Position numbers and translations under genes: made by a program | In this document: positions 49,601 through 61,600 of the stretch, in pieces | Layout of the letters: each line of letters opens with the position of its first letter | How positions within the stretch are numbered: position 1 is the first letter of the stretch | Notes under the pieces: model-generated | What the model saw: the letters and a program-made list of their open reading frames with translations, nothing else | Databases searched by the model: none | Told to the model about the DNA's origin: nothing | Source of the DNA: Felis catus | Taxonomy: Eukaryota | DNA: 64,000 nucleotides | Assembly: GCF_018350175.1 (NCBI RefSeq) | Contig: NC_058368.1 | Span: 234,114,001 to 234,178,000, forward strand | Direction: 5' to 3'

Positions 49601-50081
49601 CCTTCTCTCATACAAGAAAAGAACCCTAAAAGGCACTCATTCTTCTCCAGACATCCTATCTCAACTACTCCTGACTAACACATTGGTATTATCTAAAATT
49701 TAGCTGCAGATAATTAAAGGTTGCCAATATTCTCCCTCATCTCTCCAAGGATAGTTATTATGCTTATTTTAAATTTATGTTCTTAGTGCTAAATTAGTTT
49801 TGTTTTGTTTTGTTTTACCTCTTAGATGTTGTTCCAATGGTTGCTTGTTTGATGTTTATCTCATAATTTTCCCTGTGAGCTCACCTTTATTTCGTGGGAT
49901 GGTCCACTGCTTCAGTTAGTTCTATTGACTTGGGAGAAAGGCTAAGACTCTTGGCCCTCTTGGGGAGCTTGAGAAGTAGGAGGAGCCCTCCTCAAAACAG
50001 AGAATCAGTCATAAATGTCACCCCACTAAGACATGCCTACTTCACAATGCATCTTCTGGTTCCATCATTCTCCACTCAGAT

Positions 50082-50082
<1 letters not shown>

Positions 50083-50117
<35 letters not shown>
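50083..50117. repeat. (TTG)n microsatellite
   Basis: About 11 perfect units. Confidence 0.95.
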
Positions 50118-50882
50118 CAAGAGCGGTCACTCTCTGTTGTCATTTCTCAGGATGCCTTGTAGGGCAAAGCTGGTAAAGGCAATCTTCCACCTCCACTCAT
50201 TGCTTTTAGCTTCCTACCCTTCCCAAGTCACCACCTGAATATTATTCTCTCCCTTGGCTGGCATTATTGTTTTCCGACCTGACCACAACCATAGGTGGGC
50301 AATCCATCTTCTGGAAAGTGGATGGAAATTCATGGGTGAGTAGATGAAGGCCTGTGTCAGTGGTTTACCCATCTAGCTATGGGACATCCGCTAAATTGTC
50401 AAGTTCAAAGTGAAGGCACAACCCCGGCTAGACCAAATTTTGCCTTCCTGGATCACAACTCCAACCTCACACTCATGTAGACTCATGTGGGGAAGGGAGG
50501 AAGGGGCTCACCCTCCATGTGTTGCTTCTCTGGAAATTATATCCTGTTCTCCACAACTATTTCTTCTTTACACAAGAATACCTTTCACCTCTTACTCCAC
50601 TGTTGTTATAACTATTTGTAGCATAAACATTATAGTAATGACATTAGTGAAGTAACTTCTATAGCTGTGAATACAGCAGAAATAGAACTCTTCATCTTTT
50701 TTCACTTACTATTATATCACAAAATAAAATATTTTCACATGTATCACTACTTATACTTCATAATTATCTTTTACAAACTTGTTTAATTTTCTGTCAAGTT
50801 AAAGTATGATATTACATTTCCTACTCCATTTTCATATATATTTTGTTTGTACAATTTTAATAGCATTTCAAAGATTACTTTT

Positions 50883-51113
50883 TATTTTTATTTTTTTTTA
50901 ATTTTTTCAACGTTTTTTATTTATTTTTGGGATAGAGAGAGACAGAGCATGAACGGGGGAGGGGCAGAGAGAGAGGGAGACACAGAATTGGAAACAGGCT
51001 CCAGGCTCTGAGCCATCAGCCCAGAGCCTGACGCGGGGCTCGAACTCACGGACCGCAAGATCGTGACCTGGCTGAAGTCGGACGCTTAACCAACTGCACC
51101 ACCCAGGCGCCCC
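50883..51113 (-). mobile_element. Young felid SINE (SINEC_Fc)
   Basis: TSD caaagattactttt at 50869 and 51115. Confidence 0.97.
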
Positions 51114-52085
51114 ACAAAGATTACTTTTTAAATGAGAGTATTTTTTAATTTTTCCTTGGGTTAATCCCAAAGGATCTACAGGCAGGTTTTGGTTAAACTA
51201 CCCAGTTTCCTTCCATAGACTTTATCAGTTTACTGTCAGTGGCAATGTATGGGGAATAGGTTCACTGGCATTTCATCAAAATTAGTCATTACACTCACTT
51301 ATAACTTTTGAAAAATTAATAGGTACAAAATGGACTGGTAACCACTTCTCAGATCTGGAAATCATGATTCCATCCTGAGACAGAAACAGAAAGAGATACC
51401 GAAGCAGAATTTCTCTACTGGAGATTCTGTAGATACTTCTGTAAAAGTTGACCCAATAGGTCATATCACTGCATCTTGTTCCAAAAATATGGATTCAGGT
51501 CAGACATCTGATTGCCTTCTTGACCTAAGTTAAAATTTGAAGCAAAGACATTAAAAAAAATTTGTTTTTAATCTTCTGTAACCTAACCTTCACAAATGCC
51601 AACACCAAATGGATTTCCAGTGTCCTTCCAAGAGACTTACCTCCAAGTAGCACATTTATCTTGTTTTTTTTCCCCATTTCTCTTATTATATTAAAATAAA
51701 ACTCCTTTAAAAAATCTGTTTGAACTCTCTTGACTATTGTGTCCTTTCACAATTCCAGAAAAGGAGATGATTTAAAAACAAAAATGCATTCAGTTGGGAG
51801 ATGATCATGAAGCTGCCACCTAGAAAGAAAAAGGGACTTACCTGAGCCTAGAGATGCATTTGACATCCACAAAGCAAATGTGCTATGGAGAGAGTGATAG
51901 CATTCATTATAAAGATAACGATGACTGTTTTTGCTTTAATATTGTGTAACTTTTAAATAGAAAACACAGTAGCACATGTGAATTTCTTCAAAACAACTTA
52001 TCCCCCAAATTTTAGGAATATGTGGATGTAAAAAGTAACACTGTCATGCTTTGTTTACTGTATTTTTAAAGTCATTAATATCTAG

Positions 52086-52325
52086 TGGTGACTGGATAGC
52101 TACATCCATTGAATGTCCAGCTCTTGATTTCATCTCAGGTCATGATCCCAGGGTTGAGGGATCGAGCCCCGTGTCAGGCTCTGCATTGAGCATGGAGCCT
52201 GCTTAAGATCCTCTCTCTCTCTCTCTCTCTCCCTCTCTCTCTCTCTCTTTGCTCCTCCCCCACTTGTGTGCACACACACATGTGCGCTCTCTGTCTAAAA
52301 TAAAATTAAATAAACAAATAAATAA
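52086..52325 (+). mobile_element. Older CanSINE
   Basis: Diverged head, (CT)n and tail. Diverged TSD: tcattaatatctag / tcattgaaatctag. Confidence 0.88.
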
Positions 52326-52594
52326 AATCATTGAAATCTAGATATGAAATCTACCAAGGTTTTCCTCCCAAATATTGAAATTTGTCTGCTTCCCAATCAT
52401 CAATTTATCTAGATTAAAACTCTACTATAGAATTGATTTTCATATCAACAGTCTCGGCCAGTCTTTGGAAAATGTGTTAAGTGAGGTCTCCAACCATTCC
52501 CATTCGCCCTTTCTTTGGCTCCTTCCTTCTCCCTTCTCAGACTTCCAACTTTTGATCTCTCTTATTTTTGTACAAACATTCATAACAACTTCGA

Positions 52595-53145
52595 GTTTTT
52601 TAGCTTTATTTAGATATAATTGATATACCAAAAAATTATACACGTTCAATGTATACATCTTGAAAAGTGTAGAGATGTGCATTTACCCGTGATAATGTCA
52701 TCACAACCAAGGTACTAAACACATTATTCATCACTTCCAAAAACTTCCTTTGCTCAAGTTTGTCTTTCTTTTTTGTAAGAACATTTAACATGACATCTAC
52801 CCTCTTAACATGTTTTAAAATGCACAATACTGTTGGGGCGCCTGGGTGGCGCAGTCGGTTAAGCGTCCGACTTCAGCCAGGTCACGATCTCGCGGTCCGT
52901 GAGTTCGAGCCCCGCGTCAGGCTCTGGGCTGATGGCTCAGAGCCTGGAGCCTGTTTCCGATTCTGTGTCTCCCTCTCTCTCTGCCCCTCCCCCGTTCATG
53001 CTCTGTCTCTCTCTGTCCCAAAAATAAATAAACGTTGAAAAAAAAATTTAAAATGCACAATACTGTTAACTATAAGTGCTATATGTCCAGAACATCTCTA
53101 GAACTTCTCTTATGGCAACTTTATACACATTGAAAACACATTCCA
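52595..53145 (-). mobile_element. L1MA-type 3' end interrupted by a SINE
   Basis: 'ctttatttagatataattga...aagaacatttaacatgacatctaccctcttaaca..ttttaaaatgcacaatac..tgttaactata'. Confidence 0.8.
52835..53049 (+). mobile_element. Young felid SINE (SINEC_Fc), close to consensus
   Basis: Most CpGs retained. Perfect TSD aaaatgcacaatactgtt (at least 18 bp). Confidence 0.98.
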
Positions 53146-53146
53146 C

Positions 53147-53361
53147 TTTTTTAAAATGTTTTATTTTATTTTTGAGAGACAGAGAGAGACAGCATGAGTG
53201 GGGGAGGAGCAGAGAGAGAGAGGGAGACACAGAATCCGAAGCCGGCTCCAGACTCTGAGCTGTCAGCACAGAGCCCAACGCGGGGCTCAAACTCACAAAA
53301 TGTGAGATCATGACCTGAGCCAAAGTCGGATGCCTAACTGACTGAGCCACCCAGGCACTCC
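53147..53361 (-). mobile_element. CanSINE (SINEC_Fc type)
   Basis: Full head and tail, inverted relative to the 52835 copy. Confidence 0.95.
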
Positions 53362-53479
53362 AACACATGACACTTTGACATTGATTCACCACAACCAGTG
53401 GTCATCGATCCTTGAAGTATCTATTAAACTTATTTACTCAATGAACACACAACTGAGGCCATTGTAGAGACCATTGTGA

Positions 53480-53990
53480 AGACAGAGTAGGAATGTGAAC
53501 CCAATGATCTCAACTTGGTACCCAGTTCAATAGCTGCCCAACTGTGTGAACCTTTTGAAGACATTTGACTTCTCTGAGTTTCTATGGGGAAAAATATCTA
53601 CTGACAGCATAGGTGTGCTGTGAATAGAAAATGAGAAATTATGTAAAAGTAATTTGTAAATTGAAAGGCTTTGTCATTTTCTTAATAATCATAATAATCA
53701 ATGTGTCCAAAGAGTTACATTCCCAGGAGTAGTCTGATTTTCTTTAATGCACTTGGCATGGCTCCAGAGTCAGTTTGCCTGGGCTCAAATCCTATCCCAC
53801 TGCTCAGTAACTCCACTATGTCAGGAAATTAGTCAACCCAGGAACCTCAGTTTCCCCGTCTATTATATGGAGATAAAATAACATTCTCTACTTCTTGGGC
53901 TGTTGCCAAGATGAAATCATTGAAATAAACTGGTAAACAATATAGTCCCTAGTTAATCAAATTATCTGTGCACATTGGCTATCATTATTA
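53480..53990 (+). mobile_element. Two MIR fragments
   Basis: 'ctgtgtgaacc...tttgacttctctgagtttc' and 'cctgggctcaaatccta.cccactgctca...cctcagtttcccc.tct'. Confidence 0.65.
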
Positions 53991-54419
53991 TTGTTCTTAC
54001 TACTATTGAATTTCATACATTTCTGCAGGAGAGATTTTTGGATATTGAGCCACTTTCAAAATTTCAAGTCATATCACATAAAATTTTCTACTCTGCCCCA
54101 TTAACATGAAATTGCCGGAAAAACACATGTCACAGTTAATCAGGAGTTATTAAGAAAATTATTCTTTTTAGGACGGAAGGAAATTGCCATTTAACAATAG
54201 TAGCCAAAGAATGCCAGCCCATCCATATAATTCATTGTCTGTCTGAACCAGGATATTTCAGAGAAAGGGGAAGCATTTCTGAGAAAAGAAATCGATGATT
54301 AATAAATGTGTTGGGATAATAGGTGCAAATGAGGGCTGTCCTGGGCAAAGCAGACATATGGCCACTGAGCTGGAAGCTTAGCCTTCTAGATTCTTTCCCA
54401 GAACCTCCTAGGTCAAACC

Positions 54420-54830
54420 TTCTCCTGAAACACAACCAGACCACTCACTACCTCCTGAACTTTCCCTCACTGCCTTTCCTCAAGACTGGCCTTAGAACCT
54501 TCTCTCTGGCTGCAAAGTCTCTCTGCCAAGGCTGTCTATCAGAATCTGACCTGGTGCCCACTGTCTATTTCCAAAGACCCTTATGGAGAGACGGCCTCAT
54601 ACCTTCATCCAGTTTATCTCCCTGCTGTGACTGCCGTCAGTATTTCCTTGTCTCTCACAGTATTCTCATCCATGTTCTTCCTTGCATTATGATTGTCTCT
54701 GAGCTTGTCAGCTCCTTCACATCCACATGTTTTCAAAAGCACAGTCTGTATCTTATTTGACTCTAGAGCTTAGCATCATATGTGGCAGGTGGCAAATAGT
54801 TGGTGAATATTTGGCAAATGAATGAAACCA
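54420..54830 (+). mobile_element. L2 3' fragment
   Basis: Ends 'ctagagcttagcat...tgtggcagg...gaatatttggcaaatgaatgaa', the L2 tail. Confidence 0.55.
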
Positions 54831-56349
54831 AGTGCCTCTTGCTTGAGACAATTGAGAGCTGATTTGGCTTTTTCCCAATGCCCCACCCCCAAACTAGAAC
54901 TCCACCTCAGGCATGCCACAAGATTTACCACAATTTTTTATCATGCTCATGTTCTTCACTTCCCCACACAAAATCTTTAAAAATACACGGCCTCTCTGAA
55001 CGCTGGAAAGTGTCTGCTGTTCTGAGAGTAATGGGTATTTGGATGGAATGAAGTGTTTTCTGGAAGAGAAATGACCCAGTATGATACACTCCATTTGAAT
55101 CAGGGACTTTCCACAATTAGCAAACCGTTCAACTTCATAACAGTTCCAAGAAGAATCAGGGTCCTGGAGAGACCATGGCAAAGGTGACTATTATAAAGAT
55201 TTTGTAGATACCATGTGCTTGCTGCTGAGGGAGAAAGGAACAATTCTGGCCCCTGTAACTTTGCAGGCAAAACCTGAGCGTGTGAGATGCTGCTCATCCA
55301 ACACTTTCCAAATCCTTAGACATTGCTTAGAATGATGGATGGCACCATCTCAGATGAACAAATGTGGAAGATTTACTTTGGGTTTTATGCAGTTGATCTA
55401 CCAGAGAGCACCTCTCCCATCCCCCATCTCAAGCTCCACGCCATTCCCAACATCCATCAAGCTAATGATCTAGTTCTGCAGAGAGAAGATGATTCTGGGT
55501 TCACACATCACATGATGGCTTAAAGATTCTAGAAGTCCAAAGAAACACTTTCTAATCTGAGTCAAAACAGCTACAAAAATCAAACACAGCAAAATGGCTG
55601 CTTCCAAAGAGCCAAATAAAATATCACATGCTCAAAAAAGGTTAACTTTCTCCCCAAGAACATACTCATTTTTATCTTACCATAATCCAAAAAGACTGTC
55701 ACGCAATACAGGGTTAAAACAGTATATGAAACACAGCATGCTACTTACCAGAGTCTGCTAAATCATACGACACAGTGGCAGGTTCACTGTGGTATTTTAA
55801 TAATTCTCAAGCAAACCCAGAGTGCCTAATTGTGGTAATCTGACAATACAAATGCCCACCCATCACTTCTGGGGAAGCAAGGACATTTTTGTTGCAGAAG
55901 GGAAGTAGATTTTTATCATGTTCCCTCTTTTGATTCTTTAAGTAACCTTAATTGTACAAATGTCTAGTGAGGAAGAATTCATCCTCCTAAGGAATGGTTA
56001 TGGATAATCCAACATTTTCATTGGTTACTTAGCACCTCACTCTGTGTTAGGCAGTGTTATTGATCCAGGAATTTCTGAGTTACTTGCATAAAAACTCTAG
56101 AGCTTGTAGGCAAGGAGGACAATGGATATATCTGCTTCCCCAAATTTGACTTAACAAGAAGAGTGAACCAGAGACAAGTTCCAAACATGGGTCAGCAGGA
56201 GGAAAAGCAGGAAGCCCTGAAATGAAACTGCCCTGAGCAAAAGTGAGCTCAGCCTGGGTCCCAGACCCAAGACCTAAGCCTACATGCTCCAGGGGGATGA
56301 CTCCTGAATTCAGCCTCACACTGACTTTCAGGAGCACCTTCACATTGTC

Positions 56350-56512
56350 GCATATCCCAGACTGTGGACCACTGCAGATGAGGGTCCTTCATCTCAAACA
56401 AGATGTCAACCATTTGTAAGTTTGTGTCCTTTCTCTGGGGACAAGACGCCCAGGCTTCACGAGATTTTCAGATGTGTCATGCTCCAAAAACACCCTAAGA
56501 ATTATTGCTCTG
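56350..56512. mobile_element. hAT-Charlie MITE relic
   Basis: 'tttctctgggga...gcttcacgagattttcaga...aaaaa...taagaattattgctct'. Confidence 0.4.
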
Positions 56513-58489
56513 AAGGCAATGTTGATCAAGAGAGGTTTTTAAGATACCAAACTAGGATTAGGCACACTAGCAAAGACAGTGAGCAGGATCCTTCTTAGAC
56601 TGAGGTCAGGCTCTGGAAGATGAGTGTGGGACAAGGTCTGCAGGTCAGGGAGGCCGAAGCCAAGGAAGGACCCTTCCATGTGGCCGCATGGGAACAAGAG
56701 GACGCTAATCCAGACTTCGTGATGCCAGCCCACCATACTGCCCGGCACTTCTCCGCATTTCATTCAGTTAGGAAATGCTGCAGGTGAATTAGCACAGCCA
56801 GAGCGGTGGCTATGTATTTTCTGCATGTCCCTCCTTGACCCAGATTCTAAGTTTTCAGCCAAGTTCTAATCAATGCCCGTGCCTGGTTCCAGATGCGGTG
56901 TATTTTTTTCTTTTTTATATAAACGTTTTTATAAAACCATGTATTTCGAACACGTTTCTGCTCTTGAATAACTTTGATTGGAAAACATTTTTCATGGGCC
57001 TTCTAAATTGCTGCCTCCTGCTTGTCATTTTAAAAAGAGGGAAAAAATAAAGGGAAAAGAGGAAACTAACAAAACTTACAATTCATTCGGAAGGCGGAGC
57101 AAGATTGTGCATGGTTAAGTTTCTCCCACAGACCAAGGCAGAGGCGCTAAGACACAACCACGTGACAAGGACAGGGCTCCCAGGCACCGTGGAGCCTCTT
57201 GGAGCAGCAAGCATCTCTCCGCTCTACGAGAGGAAGTGGAGACTGAGTCACAGAGCAGAAGCATCCATGGGGTCCCCATTGCTGCTGCCTTCCCAAGTTT
57301 TGTTTGGCAAGTTGGAGAAGTTCTGAAGAAATGTCCCTGGACTTACCAGAATCAGACACTTGCTTAACTGAGCCCTAAAAGCCCCAAATTGCTTGTCCAG
57401 GGAAACTGTCCAGAAGAATCCAGTAGAAGATTTGTGAGGGGTCACCTCCTACCCACCCTGTACCTTCATGCGTGCATGCAAGGTGGACCCTCTCGAGATG
57501 CAGTTATGTGGGGAAAGCCAGCAGCCTTCATGCTCATCACCTCTCTGTCTTCATAGCCTTTCCCAAGCCCTACCGCATGACCTGCTCTGAACTGATGAGT
57601 GTGAAGTCTCCTCAAGACAAATCCCTCGAAATCAAAGTTAACTCGCCATGACACCGTTGCCTCCACCTTCTCCTACCTGACCGAGCTAATGGTGTCCTGG
57701 CGTCTTCCAAAGATGGTCGAGAGTGAGATGGCAGTTTGGATGTCCATACTGCCTGAACCAGGAGAAGAGCCACATGCCTTTTGATTCACAGATACTCAAT
57801 TTGATTCACACGTATTCAAAATTTCCTTAGTTTTGGTACTTTTCAGAGCCAAAGAGATGCAAATATAGTACAACCTCAACTGTATGAAAATCCAGATCAT
57901 GACAAGAGATTGTTCAGGACTTCTCCACATGATGGAACACGTAGGCTTCAGATACAGTAGGAAACACTCCGATGTGCAAGCCGGTGACTTGGTTCAGTTC
58001 AACACTTTTTTAAAGGCATGCTGCATGCATCAGGGCTTATGTTACCATAGGAGATAAAGTCACACATGATACCACCCTCTCTGTGTGAGCAGACACACAC
58101 ACTGAAATGAATATTTGTAACACAGGGTGAAAATGTTGTAAGTTCCTACAAGAAGGAAAATGGGCATGGAAGCAGAAATGTAACTTGGGGCAGAAGGACA
58201 AGTTTTGTTTCTGAGGAGGAAATATGGAATCTTGAAGAAACATGTCCTTTAAAGGCAGTATTCTAAGTCTTTTCATAAAGGGAAACTTGTGGGGGATGGG
58301 GAGATACAGATAATCTGGAAATGGTCTGGAGAAATAGAGATTCCCTGAATAAACAAAACTATGACAAAAATATGAAAAGTCTGACAAAAGTCTGGAAAGT
58401 CTGACAAAATCCCTTCATGTGTCTACTGTAGATTCCCCAGCATTTGAGGTGTTTTGGTCACAGAGAAAAATGTGAGCAGCTGGACAAGC

Positions 58490-58685
58490 AGAGAACTGAC
58501 TTCAGGTGGACCCTCATCCTGTTCTTCATGAGCTGTGAACTCAGGGAAGCTACCACCTGTCAAGCCCCCATATCCTCATCTCGAAGCAAGGACGTTAAGA
58601 GGGACCCTCCTGGGGGGGTGCCATGAGGATGCATTGAGGTCATCCTTGGGAAGTGCTTCAGCAGACGTTGGCTATTATTACTCAG
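58490..58685 (+). mobile_element. MIR fragment
   Basis: 'gagctgtgaactcagggaag...tcctcatct...tgaggatgcattgag...aagtgctt...gttggctattattact'. Confidence 0.6.
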
Positions 58686-61600
58686 TGGTTATTGCCATTG
58701 TTGAATCAAGAGGAGGGTAATGGGTGATTTCCTTATGTTCTTTTACCTTCATGAGCCAGCTAGTCTAGGGTACCTGTGCAGCTTTGACAACGTGTCCCCC
58801 CAAATAACTGACAAACTAGACAGTGGGAGATCCTAAAACAACCGGGGACATGCTCTGACATGGAAACATGTGGTTCAAGAGGAGACTGGTCCCATTGAGT
58901 CACAGCGTATCCAAGTCACGTGCCCAGTGTGGGGTCTGCCTGTCACCCAGAAGTGAGAGAAGAGAATGCAGAGTTCTGTGGCCCCAGACAGTAATGTTTC
59001 CTTGAACAACAGGATCTGCTCCTCCCTGTTACCATGGCCATGGATCTTTCATGGAGTATGGATTCGTCTTACTATGAAAGGCAGCAGCAAAAGTGCCCGT
59101 GGGACAGGCTCCCATGATGCTGCTTTGGGTCAGTCCCTGAGCCATCCTACACAGATGGCTGGACACATTCCAGAAGCACCCTTGCTGTGCTCATCAGGAT
59201 GGCTGCTCCCTACATCACACAAAGGATGGCCCTTCCTGACATGGAGGTACCCTCTCTGCAAAATCCAGTATGGACGAAAATGGTGCGTTGCAGTGTCTAC
59301 AGCCAGCACTCTGAGCATCTATGACTTGCCTTCATTCCAGAAAGGACCTAATGTGGTCCATGAGTTCTGAAGGCCAGGACACATGGCCTGCCTGGGAGTC
59401 AGCACTGAGCCACCCTGGTACCAGGTGATGGGACAGACCACTCCTTTCTCCCTCAGTGGGCCACTCAAGGTGTTGTGGGTCATGTCACCCACAGGCTATC
59501 CAGGGTGCCCCATAAGACACCATTGTAGTCAGAAGGTGAGGTCCAGGCACAGAAGTTAAATGAAAGCCAAGACAACACGGGTAGCAAAGTGAACCCCCAA
59601 GAACCCTCTGGTGATCAGTTCCCATGAGTCTGTGACCCAACTTGGCCACATCCAACTGGAGACAGTGGTACAGAATGGGGTAAACAGAGGAGTCTGTGAC
59701 ACCTAGAAACCATTGCATGGTTTAAATCCAACAACTATTAAATTCCCACTGAATTCTGTGTTGGAAGAAACTGAAGCAATTCAGTCTGTAACTTTCAGTT
59801 ATGAAATGTTAGCTTTATATTTCTTTAATGTCTTTTTGTTGGACTATTTCCTTTGACAGCTGGGAAGGCTTCTGGGAAAGGTAACTATTGTTGCCTGTTC
59901 ATTTTTATCCCACTTTCTTCCTTTAAGGTTTTGGGCAAGAGTCAGCTTATTCACTGGACCCCAAAATAGTAAGTGTTGGGGTTTGTGGGAATAACTTTGT
60001 AAATTACTGTCAATTATAAACCCAAGTACACCCACCCCCCAGACCATGCACTGCCCATCATGCACACACACCCCACACATGAAACTGTGCCCAAATGTTC
60101 AGAGCTGTCAAGCCTACTCATTCCAATTTGACTTCCGTAGTGAAATGTTTCTTCTGTAGCAACTGAAAGAGGTCTCTGGTCAATTCTGAAAGTCTTTGTT
60201 AACAAAGATGTTGTGTTATTACAGCCTGACTAACAAATTCCATTTTGGTATAATGTGCACCATACCTAAGAGAATCTGGAAACTCTAATGGGATGAATAA
60301 AGATGCTGAGAGTTTCTTATTTGGGTGTTTTGAAAAATTAAGGACGTATCTCTGAATGACTTCATATGAAACACCCAATATTGTAAAGCTGGACAAGCCT
60401 TAGAGAATCTCAGCCTTGGGATAAACGTTTGCTACCCCCTGATGCACCCAGGCCATGCTAGCGGGGATGTGGCCAGTGGACAATGGAGACCATCACAGAA
60501 CAACCACACCTTAGTGGAACTTCTTCTAGAGGAATCTGGGAGACTCCTTGTCTCTTGTCGGCAGCCCTTCCAGTCCCACCAACACCGCACAACCTCTGCT
60601 CTCTGGCACCTTCAGCTGCCAGGGTTGGCACAAGGTTCGCTTGCAAAGACCCCAAGCAATGGCATCCATGCAGACCCCATGGCCCTCAGCCATCTCCCTG
60701 CACTGAGCCCTGATGCTGTGTTAGTTTTCACACCATCACTGTGTGCCTTGTGACAGCATGACGAGCCCCTCTGGCAGGCTCCCACGGCCATTGACAGGAG
60801 GCACCATAAACTCTTGGGATGGCATCCATGGTGGGAGTGGCCATATAATAGAGTGGTACTACAAACATCCCCCATCACTGCTGAAGATAGACAAGCAAAG
60901 AGAATCTCTCAGGGCCAGCTGTTTGGCCATATTGGCAGATGGAACCCTCATAACATTGCATCAAACACCCTGCACTTTAGAAAATGTGAAGATCAGTCTG
61001 GCACAGATTGTTCCTTCTAGTGCCAGGTTACAGCCTGCAGACCCCTGAGGCACTAACATCAGGGTGGTGACCAATGTGGTTTTCTTTAACTCTTGATTTA
61101 GTGTTATTTTTATTTTGCCTAACACATGTGATGATAAAAATAGTACTACACCATGAGCTAAAGAAGACCAACACTGATTAATTCCTTCAATAATAAAAAT
61201 CTCATTTATTTTTTAAGCCAAATATAGTATTCTTTGATGAAAAGTTCTGTTTCAAGTTTTCGTGTCTCTGCCCTACTATTGCCCTGGGCATATATTCACC
61301 TGAGTCCTTTCTTTTTCCTCGTCACCTGAGCTGGGTGATAGACAGGAGAGCTCATGACGATGAATCAGCCAGAGAAGGAGCCGAAGAGCCCAACATGATG
61401 GTCTTTGTTTACAAGAGGTGGTGTGGTCGCGTCTGGGGATTGTTAATACGACTGACATGACCCAAGGGCCCCTCTATGGATGACGACTCCTCCTGTGTGC
61501 CAACCTTCTCCCTTCCCTTCCCTGGTCTACCAGGTCCCCATGCCCTTGTGCCTATTTGCTCCTGATGCTATCAGTATCTTCTCTAGATGTCTGAGCCCAA

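Noticed and set aside
55749..55840. Minus-strand coding exon with a gtaagt donor
   Set aside because: Stop codons in all three frames and a weak polypyrimidine tract.
58966..59370. 134-aa ATG-started ORF in unique DNA
   Set aside because: Random-like composition (W/C/H-rich), no domain, and no supporting promoter or splice context.
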